From: Felis catus | Lineage: Eukaryota | Direction: 5' to 3' | DNA length: 64,000 nucleotides | Assembly: GCF_018350175.1 (NCBI RefSeq) | Contig: NC_058381.1 | Span: 39,866,001 to 39,930,000, forward strand | In this document: positions 11,210 through 23,239 of the stretch, in pieces | How the letters are laid out: every line of letters begins with the position of its first letter | How positions within the stretch are numbered: the stretch's first letter is position 1 | The notes under the pieces: generated by a model | What the model was told of the DNA's origin: nothing | Database searches by the model: none | The model's input: only the letters and a program-made list of their open reading frames with translations | Translations under genes and position numbers: made by a program

Positions 11210-11729
11210 TGGTGGCCCAATAATTTCAGCCTCTTGGTGTTCAGAGTCTCATGTAATTTCCTCCCCTTGAGTAACTTGCTTCTACCCACAGGATAGGACA
11301 ACATCGAGTGACTGAGTTACAAATGATTGTGATTTTCATTTTAATGCCAACTCTTTCTCCCTCTCTCACTGGCTTTGATGAAGCCAGGCGCTATGTGGGA
11401 GAGATCCTTGCAGCAGAGACCTGAGCGCAGTCTCATTCGACGACCAGCAAGGAAGTGAGGTCCTCCCTCCTGTGGACTGCGAGGAATTGAATCCTGCCAA
11501 TGACCACATAAGTGACCTTGGAAGTGGATTCTTCCCCAGACCATACCTAGATGAAACCCTGGTGCCAGCCAGCACTTTGAGTGCAGACTTGTGAAACCCT
11601 ACGAAATGGAGAGTCTGGGTGGGCCGTACCTGGATTTTGGATCCACAGAAAGAGAGAAAATAAATTTGAGTGTCACTCTGAGCTACTAAATTTTTAGGTA
11701 ATGTTACATAACAGTAGGTAACTGGTATA
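11210..11729 (+). mobile_element. MLT1-type ERVL-MaLR LTR (also 34558-35077, 57930-58449)
   Basis: Recognisable MLT1 motifs: ctggctttgatgaagc, aatcctgccaatgaccac, ttggaagtggattcttcccc, aataaa, terminal gttacataacagtaggtaactggtata. Subfamily not determined. Confidence 0.75.
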
Positions 11730-12274
11730 GATTTATCTAGGGCCACGGCCCACACAGGTGAGAAGGGAGGGATCAGAAGGTGCAGAGAGAAATAGAAATG
11801 CTAAAATGGGTATAGTCATAAGGTCACAAAGCCCACGTAGCCATTCCCTAGGAGGGTCTGGGGCACTCTCTTTATCACGCTATTAGGGACTCATGAAGTA
11901 CCGGTGTCAGCAGCATCTTGGGAGAGGAGTGCCTATTGTCTAAAGTTGGAGGTTGTGGTAGGGAATACTGTGACCAAACTGTGCTCCCTGGGAAGAATGG
12001 GGATGGTCATAGCTCTGAATGACTGAGTCATGTGCAGGACTTAATTGTAGGAAGTAATGTGGGTATCATTATGTGATTGCCAACACGGTTGGAATGACAA
12101 AGGGGGCAGAATGATATGTGACCCTCAGGGATCTATCAATATGGATAATAGAGCATGGTTTCCCTCATAATAGGATATAGGCAACGAACTCAGTTTCACC
12201 CTCATGTACCCAAAAGCCTACACGCACGTGCGCACGTGCGCACACACACACACACATACAAACACACACAGACA

Positions 12275-13371
12275 TGTACACCTACCCCTGGTTCTGCCCA
12301 TGTCTGTGCATTTCTGTCATTAACCTTGCTCCAGGTGGTTTGTCACAGTTTCTATAAAAACCTACAAGTAGAGAGTTAATGGTCAGCTTCTCTGCTCCTT
12401 AGCTGACTTGCCTGGCACAGTGACCAAGGTCTTCATTCCTTATATTTCTTATATTCCTTATTCCTTATATAGGGGTGTGTGTGTGTGTGTGTGTGTGTGG
12501 AATTAAAAGAAGATAAGAATAAAGAACAAAGGCTGAGGTCATTGATCCAATGGAAAGTCATGTTCCCTGACACAGTTGGCAGAGTCAGGCTATTAGCAGA
12601 CCTAGAAGCCATTAACCTACAAATGGAGAGGCCAGTCCTCTGGGTTGAAGGGCTGCACGAGTACATATCGTAGAAATTCTTTCATCCTTCTTCCAGAAGT
12701 CTATGGCCATTGGTTCAGCGGAAGCTAGAATGCTCATGGGTTTGCAGGCTGTTGGACATGGGATCTCAGTTGAACTCACTGCTGGATACCCACGATCCTT
12801 TATGTCCCCTATTTAAATACCTTGATCTAGGTGTGAGAGTTAAAGGAGAACTTTCCCCATTACCTTCATCTGAATGGTCCACTAGGGGGAATTTGTGCCT
12901 CCTCCTACGATAATTGTAGGCTGTGTGCCTCTAGAGGTCTCAGGTCTGAGACAGGAAAGCTCATTGGAAGGCACGTGGGTAGTTCTGATTGGAAGTAAAA
13001 TTCTGGCTGCCACCTCATCCCTTTGGGTTTCTAGTGCCAGGAAGGCAGCGGTCAACGTTAGGAGCTACAGGGGCCACAGGGAATATTTTTAGCATTCAGG
13101 TGATCTGCAGGGACATTTGTGGCGTTCCTATTCCCGGCATTCACTGCAGATGGGCCAGTAGTGTAGCCTGAAGAGGACATAGGACCCATGGGTTCAGAAC
13201 TCTCAGGGATGGGGACCTTGGTCACAACACCAGGCAAGGAAGCTAAAGGAAGAGAGGACCTGCCCTCTAACCCTCATGTTGTAGGTTTTTACAGAAACTG
13301 GGACAAACCACATGGCGCAAGGTTAATGAGAGAAATCCACAGACATGAGCAGAACCAGGGGTAGGTATACA
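12275..13371. repeat. ~157 bp inverted duplication (arms 12275-12431 and 13214-13371)
   Basis: The arms translate to near-identical peptides on opposite strands (TPGSAHVCAFLSLTL / TPGSAHVCGFLSLTL). Confidence 0.9.
12475..12499. repeat. (TG)n microsatellite, 18 bp longer in copies 2 and 3
   Basis: The offset changes from 23,348 to 23,366 across it. Confidence 0.95.
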
Positions 13372-14657
13372 ATATCCCATCCTGATGCTCTTTGCCATAT
13401 GTGCCCTCATCCACAAGGTAGTGTGAGTATGGACTATGAGTGGCTCACACTGATCACACACTGTAGGTAAGGGTCTCAGCCTCTGGGGTGGGGGACACCT
13501 GGAGTTCTTCCTCTCCATCCTTTCCACCCATCAGAGGATGTCAAAACGTAGTGAAAGTGATGTAGGAGTACCATGGCCTAACCCCTTAGCCCCTGTGACG
13601 AGCAAGTCCATGGCCCAGTACACACCCCTCATCTGTGGGTCAGAATACGGGGGTGGAGTTGAAACGAAAGCACCCTTTGTCTTAGCTTCTTTTACTACCC
13701 TGTGCTGACTCCGCTTTGCACTGGGTCTCCTGAGAGCACCTCCTTCCTTATGCAGTACTTATGCAGGAATACCCGTTGTAGGCTCTGGTGTTTTGAATGC
13801 AACGTGAGAATCGCAGTTTGGTGCGGTCCACCTCAAGCATAGCCTCCTTGAGAGAGACACTTCCTAACATGGTGAGCTGTTTTATTCGTGGGAGTGTCTC
13901 CTGTCCCTCGGGATACATGATCTTTCAGGAATTGGACACAGGAAGTCTAAAACCAAGTGTGTACAAGCTGTGAGAAGCAACAGCATCCTATGAAAAGATT
14001 CAGTGGTTCAGCGGAGAATAAGGTCGAGAGCCCACGGTGTCACCCAGTGACCGTTCATATCATAGGGAAATGTTTGAAGGCACTGTTACTGAGACTTGGA
14101 ACACTGGTGTCAGGTCGACCTCAGGGTCGGAGCTCAAAACAGGCTTGAGACCAAGTAGATTGTCTGGGAGGTGGTCCCAAGTAGTGCTCTAGGGATACTG
14201 TGAAGTGATCCAGGGAAGGGTGGAAACCAATCCAGGTTGATTTCAAGAGCAGGTGAGTCTTGTGGGCATCAGGGGTTCGTTCAGTGCTACTGAGGCCCTC
14301 TGGTCTCACATGTCCCACTAGAGGGGATAGAGGCTAGAGCACTTATCCACCAACTACTGGCTACCTTTCGAACGCTCCTCCCAGGCACGTGCCTTCCATA
14401 TTGCGTCCTTCGCGATCTGCTCCTTCATGTAGACCGAGCCCTCCGCAGAGAGTTCCAGGTGCTTGCTGCAAGCCACCGTCCTACACTGTTAGCATGGGAA
14501 GGACTGAGGTGATAGAAGTGAAAATCCTGAAATCGCCTGCTATGATCTCCTCGTTGTGCAGGTCTTCTATTGAAGACCTGGCAGCTAAGGGTGACCACTC
14601 ACGAAGGAAAAAAGAATGAGACACGATTCTTTACATTTAATGCCTGGAAAGTTAAGA

Positions 14658-14663
14658 TTTATT
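14658..14663 (-). terminator. Polyadenylation signal AATAAA, type B gene (also 38024-38029, 61396-61401)
   Basis: tttatt at the homologous position. Confidence 0.8.
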
Positions 14664-15001
14664 TGGTATATAGAAACATCTCCATATAGAACATTTGGCA
14701 GTAACAGATACATCAGGTAGGATGATATGTTATTGTATATCAGGGAAAATACAACCTTTGTACTGAATTGGGATGGACATCATAAGAAAGAGGTGGGAGG
14801 GAATTGGGCGGTGGGGTGGTATATTCCAAGGCCAACCAGTTGAAAAATCATTGGGAACTGAGGATTTACAGTTGGCCTCACATGATTCAGCTGCCAGTTG
14901 GACGACATGAAGGAGATTGGCTGATGAAAACAGCAGGGTGCAGGTGAGGGCACTCAGCAGCAGCAAGAGCCACTAGAGCAGGTTGGGTGGTGGCAGGGGG
15001 T

Positions 15002-15553
15002 CTAGCAACAGCTGGGGCGGCAGCAGCTGGACACACAGCAGGTGGGGCGGCAGCAGGTGGTCCGGCAGCAGGTGGTCTGGCAGCAGGTGGGGCGGCAGCA
15101 AGGCTGGCAGCAGCTGGAGCCACAGCAATTAGAGCCACAGCAGCTGGAGCCCCCACAGCAGGGGCGGCAGCAGCTGGACACACAGCAGGTGGGGCGGCAG
15201 CAGGTGGTCCTGCAGCAGGTGGTCTGGCAGCAAGGCTGGCAGCAGCTGGAGCCACAGCAGCTGGAACCCCCACAGCAGGGGCGGCAGCAGGTGGTCCTGC
15301 AGCAGGTGGTCTGGCAGCAGGTGGGGCGGCAGCAGCTAGAGATGCAGCAGCTGGGCCTGCAGCAGCTGGAGCCACAGCAATTAGAGCCACAACAGCTGGA
15401 GCCACAGCAGGAGGGGCGGCAGCAGCTGGACACACAGCAGGTGGGCCGGCAGCAGGTGGTCCTGCAGCACGTTGTCTGGCAGCAGGTGGGGCGGCAGCAA
15501 GGCTGGCAGCAGCTGGAGCCACAGCAGCTGGAGCCACAACAGGAGTTGACCAT
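15002..15553 (-). CDS. KRTAP4: KRTAP4-like protein, type B, copy 1; 183 aa
   Basis: [28 protein letters not shown]... with the same 5'UTR, TATA and 3'UTR as type A; lacks the [11 protein letters not shown] segment. Confidence 0.9.
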   Translation of the reverse strand: MVNSCCGSSCCGSSCCQPCCRPTCCQTTCCRTTCCRPTCCVSSCCRPSCCGSSCCGSNCCGSSCCRPSCCISSCCRPTCCQTTCCRTTCCRPCCGGSSCCGSSCCQPCCQTTCCRTTCCRPTCCVSSCCRPCCGGSSCCGSNCCGSSCCQPCCRPTCCQTTCCRTTCCRPTCCVSSCCRPSCC

Positions 15554-15635
15554 GGTATCAGAGGGTGGAGGTTCTGGGCTGGTTTCCAGGAGAGTGAGGG
15601 GCTGGACTTTGGAAGTCTCCTTGTGCCCTGGCCTC

Positions 15636-15642
15636 TTATATA
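15636..15642 (-). promoter_or_regulatory. TATA box of type B gene (also 39002-39008, 62374-62380)
   Basis: TATATAA(GAGGC) on the minus strand ~83 bp upstream of the ATG. Confidence 0.85.
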
Positions 15643-16584
15643 CTGCTCGTACCGGGTGATTTGTCAACACATCTTCCTTGTGTTTGTTTACCTAATATTT
15701 AAGTAATTGTCAGATTACAGAATAATGTGTGTCTATGTACTGGTTGAAACTGATGGCAAAGAGGTTTTCTTGTTGGATGTGAGAAACTCTGCGTGGTCTG
15801 CTTTTCCTCCTGACCTACACCCACTGGCATCCTCTGGACCACTCTCCTCTTCTTCCTCCACAGCAGGCTGTCATGTGGTAGGTGGCATTTGCAATTACAT
15901 TTCTTGTTTTCCTCTCCTACACCCCTAGCAGCAAGGGGTTAAGGCAAACCTGTTTTGGATTGTGCATTTCTTCCAATGGTCAGTGGGAGGGAACCCCATC
16001 TGCATAGTGTGGAGGTGGCATGGGACAAGAGGAAAAGGTCCTATTTTATGGGTCAGTTTTAATGAGGAAGGGAGTCAGTGTCTATGAACACGTGATGTTG
16101 GTAACCTCTGCCACTGGAATGGGTTTTCTTGTTTCTAACTTTAATGTTTCTGCCTTTGGATCACGTTCTCTACCCCAAAGCCACGGCAGACAATTGGGTG
16201 CATGGTTCCCATCACTGCCACGATTTGTAGTTCATTGAGTGTTATCATTGCCGTCATGTATCTTTGCATTACATTTCTCTGGAAGGTCTTTAGACTGTGG
16301 AAGACACCGCCTTTACAAATTCTTATCTCATTCTTAATAAAGCATATTCTTCAATGGAGGAGAAAAAAAAAGTTGAATAATCAGAATGCACTCTCCTCTG
16401 ATCTTATCTCCATAGCTGGGAATTCTAGAGTGCACATTTGTTTGGATCCATTTAAAATGTGAATGGATTTTAGTGTAGTCAGGTTACATAGTTGGTCTTT
16501 ATACTTATTCCCCATTTACTAATAGTCCAACTTGAGGATGCAGCAAGTATCTGAAGGGCTCATAAGATATGGTGCGACAAATCT

Positions 16585-16681
16585 CAGAAGTTCTGAATAT
16601 GGCGCTAGGGGTGTGGGCTGAAATTTGGCATTTCTGCCAAGTACCCAGATGATGCTGAAGGCCCCAGGATGACACTTAGAG
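16585..16681 (+). mobile_element. MER5-like hAT DNA transposon fragment (also ~39951-40047, ~63323-63419)
   Basis: ggggtgtgggctgaaatttggcatttctgccaagtacccagatgatgctga resembles the MER5A core; mostly deleted in the other monomer (~9995-10020). Confidence 0.6.
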
Positions 16682-17599
16682 GCCTGTTCCTTTGTCCTGA
16701 TCCTTTAAGCTCTGAGAGGTGCCTCTGTGTAGTTCCTGTGTGCTTTTAAAGCCGACTTGTTGAATGGCTTTAAAGAGATACACACATTGCCAGTTGTTGA
16801 TGTTCTATGTACCGTTTAGGGTCTCCTCCCCGGAAATGCACAGGCTACTGAGAAGCCCCACCATGAACACACTTACAGATAACTGCAATGTAGTATTGAA
16901 AGAACCGTCAAAGGAGTTCGTAGTAGTATGATTTAACTAGAAGAATTGTGTTTGAGGCAAATCAGCCAAGAAGACAGTTTGGTAAAACCATAGAGTTACT
17001 CATAAATAAACTACTTAGTGTTTCTTGTTTACATTTTGTGATTTATTTCGCAACGTAGAAGGGATTTACACACAGTTGAATCTATTTATCCTAAGTGTAC
17101 TCATCCATAGTGATGAGTTATGATACACAGAAGCAGGTCCATGTAATCCCCCCATCTCTCAGTAGAACATTTCCATTATGGCAGAAAGTCCCCACTTGTC
17201 CCTTACTAAAGTCTGAACTACCATAGAGGCAATCACTGTTTTCATGTATTTTTCACTGTAGAATAGTTTTGATCTAGACCTTTGAATAGATGATATGTAG
17301 TATATATCTCTAGCATATATACTGTTTCTAGAGAATATGTTATTTCTCCTCTGTTTTGCACCATTAACATGCCTATGCCTATGCGAATCACTAACACTGG
17401 TGCATATATTAGTGGTTCATTTTGTGCTATATGAGAGAAGTATCAAGACTTATCCTAACTGTTTCCAATGTATGTTATGGTAGGGTAACCAGGCATTCCT
17501 TAAGCCCATCTTTCATTTTTAATCTTAAATAGAGATGCATTTCAGTTCACCCTAAATTTTTTGAAAAAGTCTTTCATATTATTTAAAATGCACATATGC

Positions 17600-17954
17600 A
17601 GTGTGTGCAGCATGGTCTTGGCTTTGGGAGTTGATTCCCTTGGTTTGTCACTTGCATGCAGCACTTGGTGCTTGTCCCATTGGGTGCCTCCTCTGTGCCC
17701 ATCACCCATTTTCCCCACCCCACTGACCCTCAGTTTGTTCTCTGTATTTAGGACTCTGTTGGGCTTTGCCTCCCTCTCTAGAGACAGAGGCTGTTAAGTG
17801 CAGAGAACTAACTAAGGTCCCTGGAGGGGCTTGAGTGGGGGGATGGGCTAAGTGGGTGATGGCATTGGGGAGGGCACTTGTTTGGAAGGGCACTGGGTGT
17901 TGTATGTAAGTGAGGAATAACTAAATTCTATTGCTGAAACCATTACTACCCTGT
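17600..17954. mobile_element. Two L1 3'UTR fragments in inverted (fold-back) arrangement (also ~40966-41320)
   Basis: 17600-17780 resembles the minus-strand L1 3' end at 3765-3912; 17785-17954 resembles the plus-strand L1 3' end at 21170-21295. Confidence 0.8.
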
Positions 17955-18683
17955 NNNNNNNNNNNNNNNNNNNNNNNNNNNNNNNNNNNNNNNNNNNNNN
18001 NNNNNNNNNNNNNNNNNNNNNNNNNNNNNNNNNNNNNNNNNNNNNNNNNNNNNNNNNNNNNNNNNNNNNNNNNNNNNNNNNNNNNNNNNNNNNNNNNNNN
18101 NNNNNNNNNNNNNNNNNNNNNNNNNNNNNNNNNNNNNNNNNNNNNNNNNNNNNNNNNNNNNNNNNNNNNNNNNNNNNNNTGAGTGGGTGGCCCCTCGCTG
18201 TTTCCATTGCAGATCCTAGATCTATAGAAACTATACAATTCATCTACAGAGGGAAAAGAAACAAAAAACCAGTATGATCCCTGATGTCACAATATAGGTC
18301 TACATGTCACTAGTTTGTAGACAACCAGCCTTGATTTCCATTTCTGGCTGCACTCTGAAAGCTGGGTTCCTGGCCATGTAAGAGGAAGTGCTTAAGGAGG
18401 CCAAGACATGGCCAAGTAAGTACTGGGAATTCATCTGCGCATGGCAAACAGAATAAACCCATTATAAAAGGCATTATTTTAGCTTAAGAGCAATATATTC
18501 CCATGTGTTTAAGTAAGAGTAGGTGGTATTTTTACTTTACATTTTGGCAGATTTGTTGTGAAAAAATTCAGGCCATACCACATCATCTGAAGAGCAGAGA
18601 ATACGTCCGATAGTTGGGCGAGGATCTGTCCCTTGGTACTGAGCTAGAGTTAGAAGGAAAGCATAGACATTGAAGAGCCCATC

Positions 18684-20891
18684 AAGAAATAGAAAATTTG
18701 AACAGACCCATAACCAGTAAAGAAATCGAATTAGTAGTCAAAAATGTCCCAAAACACAAGAGTCCAGAGCCAGATGGCTTTCCAGGGGACTTCTACCAAA
18801 CATTTAAGGAAGAGTTCATACCTATTCTCTTGAAGCTGTTCCAAAAAATAGAAATGAAAGGAAAACTTTCATACCCTTTCTATGAAGCCAGCATTACCTT
18901 GATTCCAAAACCAACCCCATTAAAAAGGGGAACTATAGACCAATTTCCCTGATGAACATGGATGCAAAAATCCTCAAGATATTAGCCAACTGGATCCAAC
19001 AATACTTAAAAAAAAAAAATTATTCACCTCGCCCAAGTGGGATTTATACCTGGGATGCAGGGCTGGTTCAATATCTGCAAAACAATTGACGTGATTCATC
19101 ACATCAATGGAAGAAAGTTCAAGAACCCTATGATCCTCTCAATAGATGCAGAGAAAGCATTTGACAAGATACAGCGTCCTTTCTTGATAAAAACCCTCAA
19201 GAAAGTAGGGGCAGAAGGATCATACCTCGAGGTCATAAAAGCCATATATGAACAACCCAACACTAATATCATCCTTAATGGGGAAACACTGAGAGCTGTC
19301 CCCCTCCGGTCAGGAACACGACAGGGATGTCCACTCTCACTACTGTTATTCAACATGGTATTGGAAGTCTTAGCCTCAGCAGTCAGACAACACAAAGAAA
19401 TAAAGGGCATCCAAATGGGCCAGGAGGGAGTCAAACTTTCACTCTTTGCAGATGACTGATACTCTATATGGAAAACCCAAAAGATTCCACTAAAAAACTG
19501 CTAGAACTGATTCATGAATTCAGCAAGGTTGCAGTATATAAAATCAATGCACAGAAATCGGTTGCATTCCTACACACCGACAATGAAGCAACAGAAAGAG
19601 AAGTCAATGAATCGATCCTGTTTACAACTGCACGCAAAACCATAAGATACCCAGGAATAAATCTAACCAAAGAAGTGAAAAATCTATACACTGAAAACTA
19701 TAGAAAGCTTATGAAAGAAATTGGAGAAGACAAACCCCAAAAAGGAAAAATATTCCATGCTCCTGGATAGGAAGAACAAATATTGTTAAAAGGTCAATAC
19801 TACCGAAAGCAACCTACATATTCAATGCAATCCCTATCAAAATAACACCAGCGTTCTTCACAGAGGTAGAACAAACAATCCTAAAATTTGTGTAGAACCA
19901 GAAAAGACCCCGAATAGCCAAAGCATTCTTGAAGAAGAAACCCAATGCAGGAGACATCACAATTCTGGACATCAAGCTGTATTACATAGCTGTAATCATC
20001 AAGACAGTATGGCACAAAAACAGACACTCAGGTCAGTGAAGCACAATAGAGAACCCAGAAAGGGATCCACAAACTTATGACCAACTAATCTTTGACAAAG
20101 CAGGAAAGAATATCCAATGGAATAAAGACAGTCTCTTCAGCAAGTGGTGCTGAGAAAACTGGGCAGCGACATGCAGAAAAACGAACCTGGACCACTTTCT
20201 TACACCATCCACAACAATAAACTCAAAATGGATGAAAGGCCTGAATGTAAGACAGGAAGCCATCAAAATCCCCAAAGAGAAAGCAGGCAAAAACCTCTTT
20301 GACCTTGGCCACAGCAGCTTCTTACTCAGCATGTCTCTGGAGGCAAGGGAGACAAAAGCAAAAATGAACTACTGGGACCTCATCAAAATAAAAGTTTCTG
20401 CACAGCAAAGAAAACAATCAGCAAAACTAACAGGCAACGCACGGAATGGGAGAAGATATTTGCAAATGACATATCAGATAAAGGGTTAGTATCCAAAATC
20501 TCTAAAGAAGTTATCAAACTCAACACCCCCAAAACAAATAATCCAGTGAAGACATGGGCAAAAGGCATGAACAGACACTTCTCCAAAGGAGACATCTGGG
20601 AAATACAAATCAAAGCCACCATGAGATACCACCTCACACCTATCAGAACGGCTAACATTAACGACTCAGCTATAAACAGATGTTGGCGAGGATGTGGAGA
20701 AAGAGGATCTCTTTTGCACTGCTGGTGGGAATGCAAACTGGTGCAGCCACTCTGGAAACCAGTATGGAGGTTCCTCAACAAATTAAAAGTAGAACTACCC
20801 CACGACCCAGCAATTGCACTACTAGGTATTTACCCAAGGGATACAGGTGGGCTGTTTCGAAGGGACGTATGCACCCTAACGTTTGTATATA

Positions 20892-20934
<43 letters not shown>

Positions 20935-21352
20935 ATATATATACACACACACACATCCACAATGGAGTATTACTCGGCAATCAAAAAGAATGGAATCTTG
21001 CCATTTGCAACTATGTGGATGGAACTAGAGGATATTATGCTAAGCAGAACTAGCAAGTCAGAGAAAGACAAATATTACATGACTTCACTCATATGAGGAC
21101 TTTAAGATACAAACCAGATGAACATAAGGGAAGGGAAGAAAAATATAAAAACAGGGAGGGGGACAAAAACATAAGAGACTCATAAATATGGAGAACACAG
21201 AGAGGGTTACTGGAGGGGTTGAGGGAGGGGGGATGGGCTAAATGGGTAAGGGACATTAAGGAATCTACTCCTGAAATCACTGTTACACTATCTGCTAACT
21301 AACTTGGATGTAAATAAAAAAAAATAAATTAAATAAAAATTGTTTTTTAAAA
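18684..21352 (+). mobile_element. 5'-truncated carnivore LINE-1 (~2.7 kb)
   Basis: ORF2 RT fragments ([37 protein letters not shown]), 3'UTR and A-rich tail; TSD AAGAGCCCATC at 18673-18683 and 21353-21363. Confidence 0.96.
20885..20956. repeat. (TA)/(TG)n/(TA)/(CA)n compound microsatellite within L1
   Basis: Directly visible. Confidence 0.9.
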
Positions 21353-21693
21353 AAGAGCCCATCTGTGACCCACTGGCAAATGCAATCTCTTTCTAAGCCT
21401 TTCTAAATCTCTTACCCACTGGTAAATGTCAGTGGATCTTACCATGAAAAATGAGAAATAGAAGAAAGCTTACCACTTCTCAAATCCTATTAGAAAAAAC
21501 AACTGTTGTATATTGTATTTTTCCACGGAGGAGCCAGCTCACATATTAACATATGAATTCTTTTTCTTGCGAAGACGCCATGGAAGCATTCATTTGACTA
21601 ACAACACCCTAATATTGCATTTTTACAATGAAAAAAAATGCACATACGGTGTAAAGCATACAAAGTACATGTACGTGATAAAAAATAGTTATA

Positions 21694-21898
21694 GGGGCGC
21701 CTGGGTGGCTCAGTTGGTTGAGCGTCCAGCTTCAGCTCAGGTCATGATCTCGCTTTCTGTGGGTTCGAGCCCCATGTCGGCCTCTGTGCTGACAGCTCAG
21801 AGCCTGGAGCCTGCATCCGATTCTGTGTCTCCCTCTCCGGCCCCTCCCCCGCTCGTGCCCTGTCTCTCTCTCGCTCCCTCAAAAATAAGTAAACATTA
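21694..21898 (+). mobile_element. tRNA-derived CanSINE, feliform type (SINEC_Fc-like)
   Basis: GGGGCGCCTGGGTGGCTCAG head, GGTTCGAGCCC B box, TGCTGACAGCTCAGAGCCTGGAGCCTG body, CT tract and A tail; 15-bp TSD aaaaaatagttatag at 21680-21694 and 21899-21913. Confidence 0.96.
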
Positions 21899-22192
21899 AA
21901 AAAATAGTTATAGAGCAAACATCCACGTATCAAAACCTGGAGTCAAGAAATAGAACCTTGTTACTACTAAGAAGGCTCTTCTATGCCCTTTCTTGACCAC
22001 GAACACTTTTCCACCCTCCAGATGATTATTATGCTGATTTTTCAAGTAATCTTTTCATTTATTTTTCTTGCAGTTTCATTACCTATGTAGGCATCCCTAT
22101 ATGATACAGTTTTATTTCGCATCTTTCTGAATTTTTATAGGAATGAAATCTCACTGTAAGTGTAACTTTTTTACTCAATGTTATGGAAGAGT

Positions 22193-22712
22193 TTGGGTAG
22201 GTAGCTTCCAAGAAGGTCCAATGTTTTCCACCTCTTGGAGTTCATGGTCTCATGTAATTCCCACCCCTCAAGTAAACTGCCTATCAACAGGATATGACAA
22301 CATCAAGTGATTGAGTTACAAAGGATTGTGACTTTCATCTTAATGCCGACTCTTTCTGTCTCTCACTGGCTTTGATGAAGCCAGGTCCTATGTGAGAGAT
22401 CCTTGCAGCAAAGAACTGAGCATAGTCTCCATTCAACAACCAGCAAGGAAGCGAGGGCCTCCCACCTGTGGCCCTAAAGGATCTGAACCCTGCCGCATAA
22501 ATGTAGTTGGAAGTAGAGTCTTCCCCAGGCGAGACCTCAGATGAGACCCCAGTGCTAGCCAGCACCTTGAGTGCAGCCATGTGAAACCCTATGAAATGGA
22601 GAGTCTGGGTGGGCCATACCTGGATTTGGATCCACAGAAGTAGAGAAAATAAATGTCACTATAAGCTGCTAAATTTGGGGGTAATGTTACATAACAGTAG
22701 GTAACCAGTATA
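22193..22712 (+). mobile_element. MLT1-type LTR, paralogous copy in the other monomer (also 45565-46084)
   Basis: Homologous to 11210-11729. Confidence 0.75.
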
Positions 22713-22744
22713 GATTTATCTAGGACCACGGCACACACAGGTGA

Positions 22745-23183
22745 GAAGGGAGGCATCGAAAGGTGCCAAGAAATAGAAATGCTAAAATGGATATAGCCAT
22801 AAGGTCACAAAGCCCACGTAGCCATTCCCTGGGAGGGTCTGGGGCACTCTCTTTACCACACTATTAGGGACTCATCAAGTACCGGTGTCAGCAGCATCTT
22901 GGGAGAGGAGTGCCTATTGTCTAAAGTTGGAGGTTGTGGTAGGGAATACTGTGACCAAACTGTGCTCCCTAGGAAGAATGGGGATGGTCATAGCTCTGAA
23001 TGACTGAGTCATGTGCAGGACTTAATTGTAGGAAGTAGTGTGGGTATCATTATGTGATTGCCAACAAGGTTGGAATGACAAAGGGGGCAGAATGATATGT
23101 GACCCTCAGGGATCTATCAATATGGATAATAAAGCATGATGTCCCTCATATAGGATATAGGCAGCCAACTCAGATACACCTTA

Positions 23184-23239
<56 letters not shown>

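Larger units (their letters stand above)
11760..13810 (+). mobile_element. Ancient ERVL (class III) internal remnant with gag/protease-like traces and a possible LTR16-like 3' end (also ~35110-37176, ~58480-60548)
   Basis: LLDMGSQL in the 12710 ORF resembles the ERVL protease motif LLDTGSEL; surrounding DNA resembles ERVL gag and 3' internal sequence as recalled. Boundaries are approximate. Confidence 0.55.

Noticed and set aside
12710-12913. Domesticated retroviral protease gene
   Set aside because: Short, with a degenerate catalytic motif (DMG) and not kept open in the paralogous monomer.
21694-21775. tRNA gene
   Set aside because: The A/B boxes belong to the head of a CanSINE with tail and TSD.
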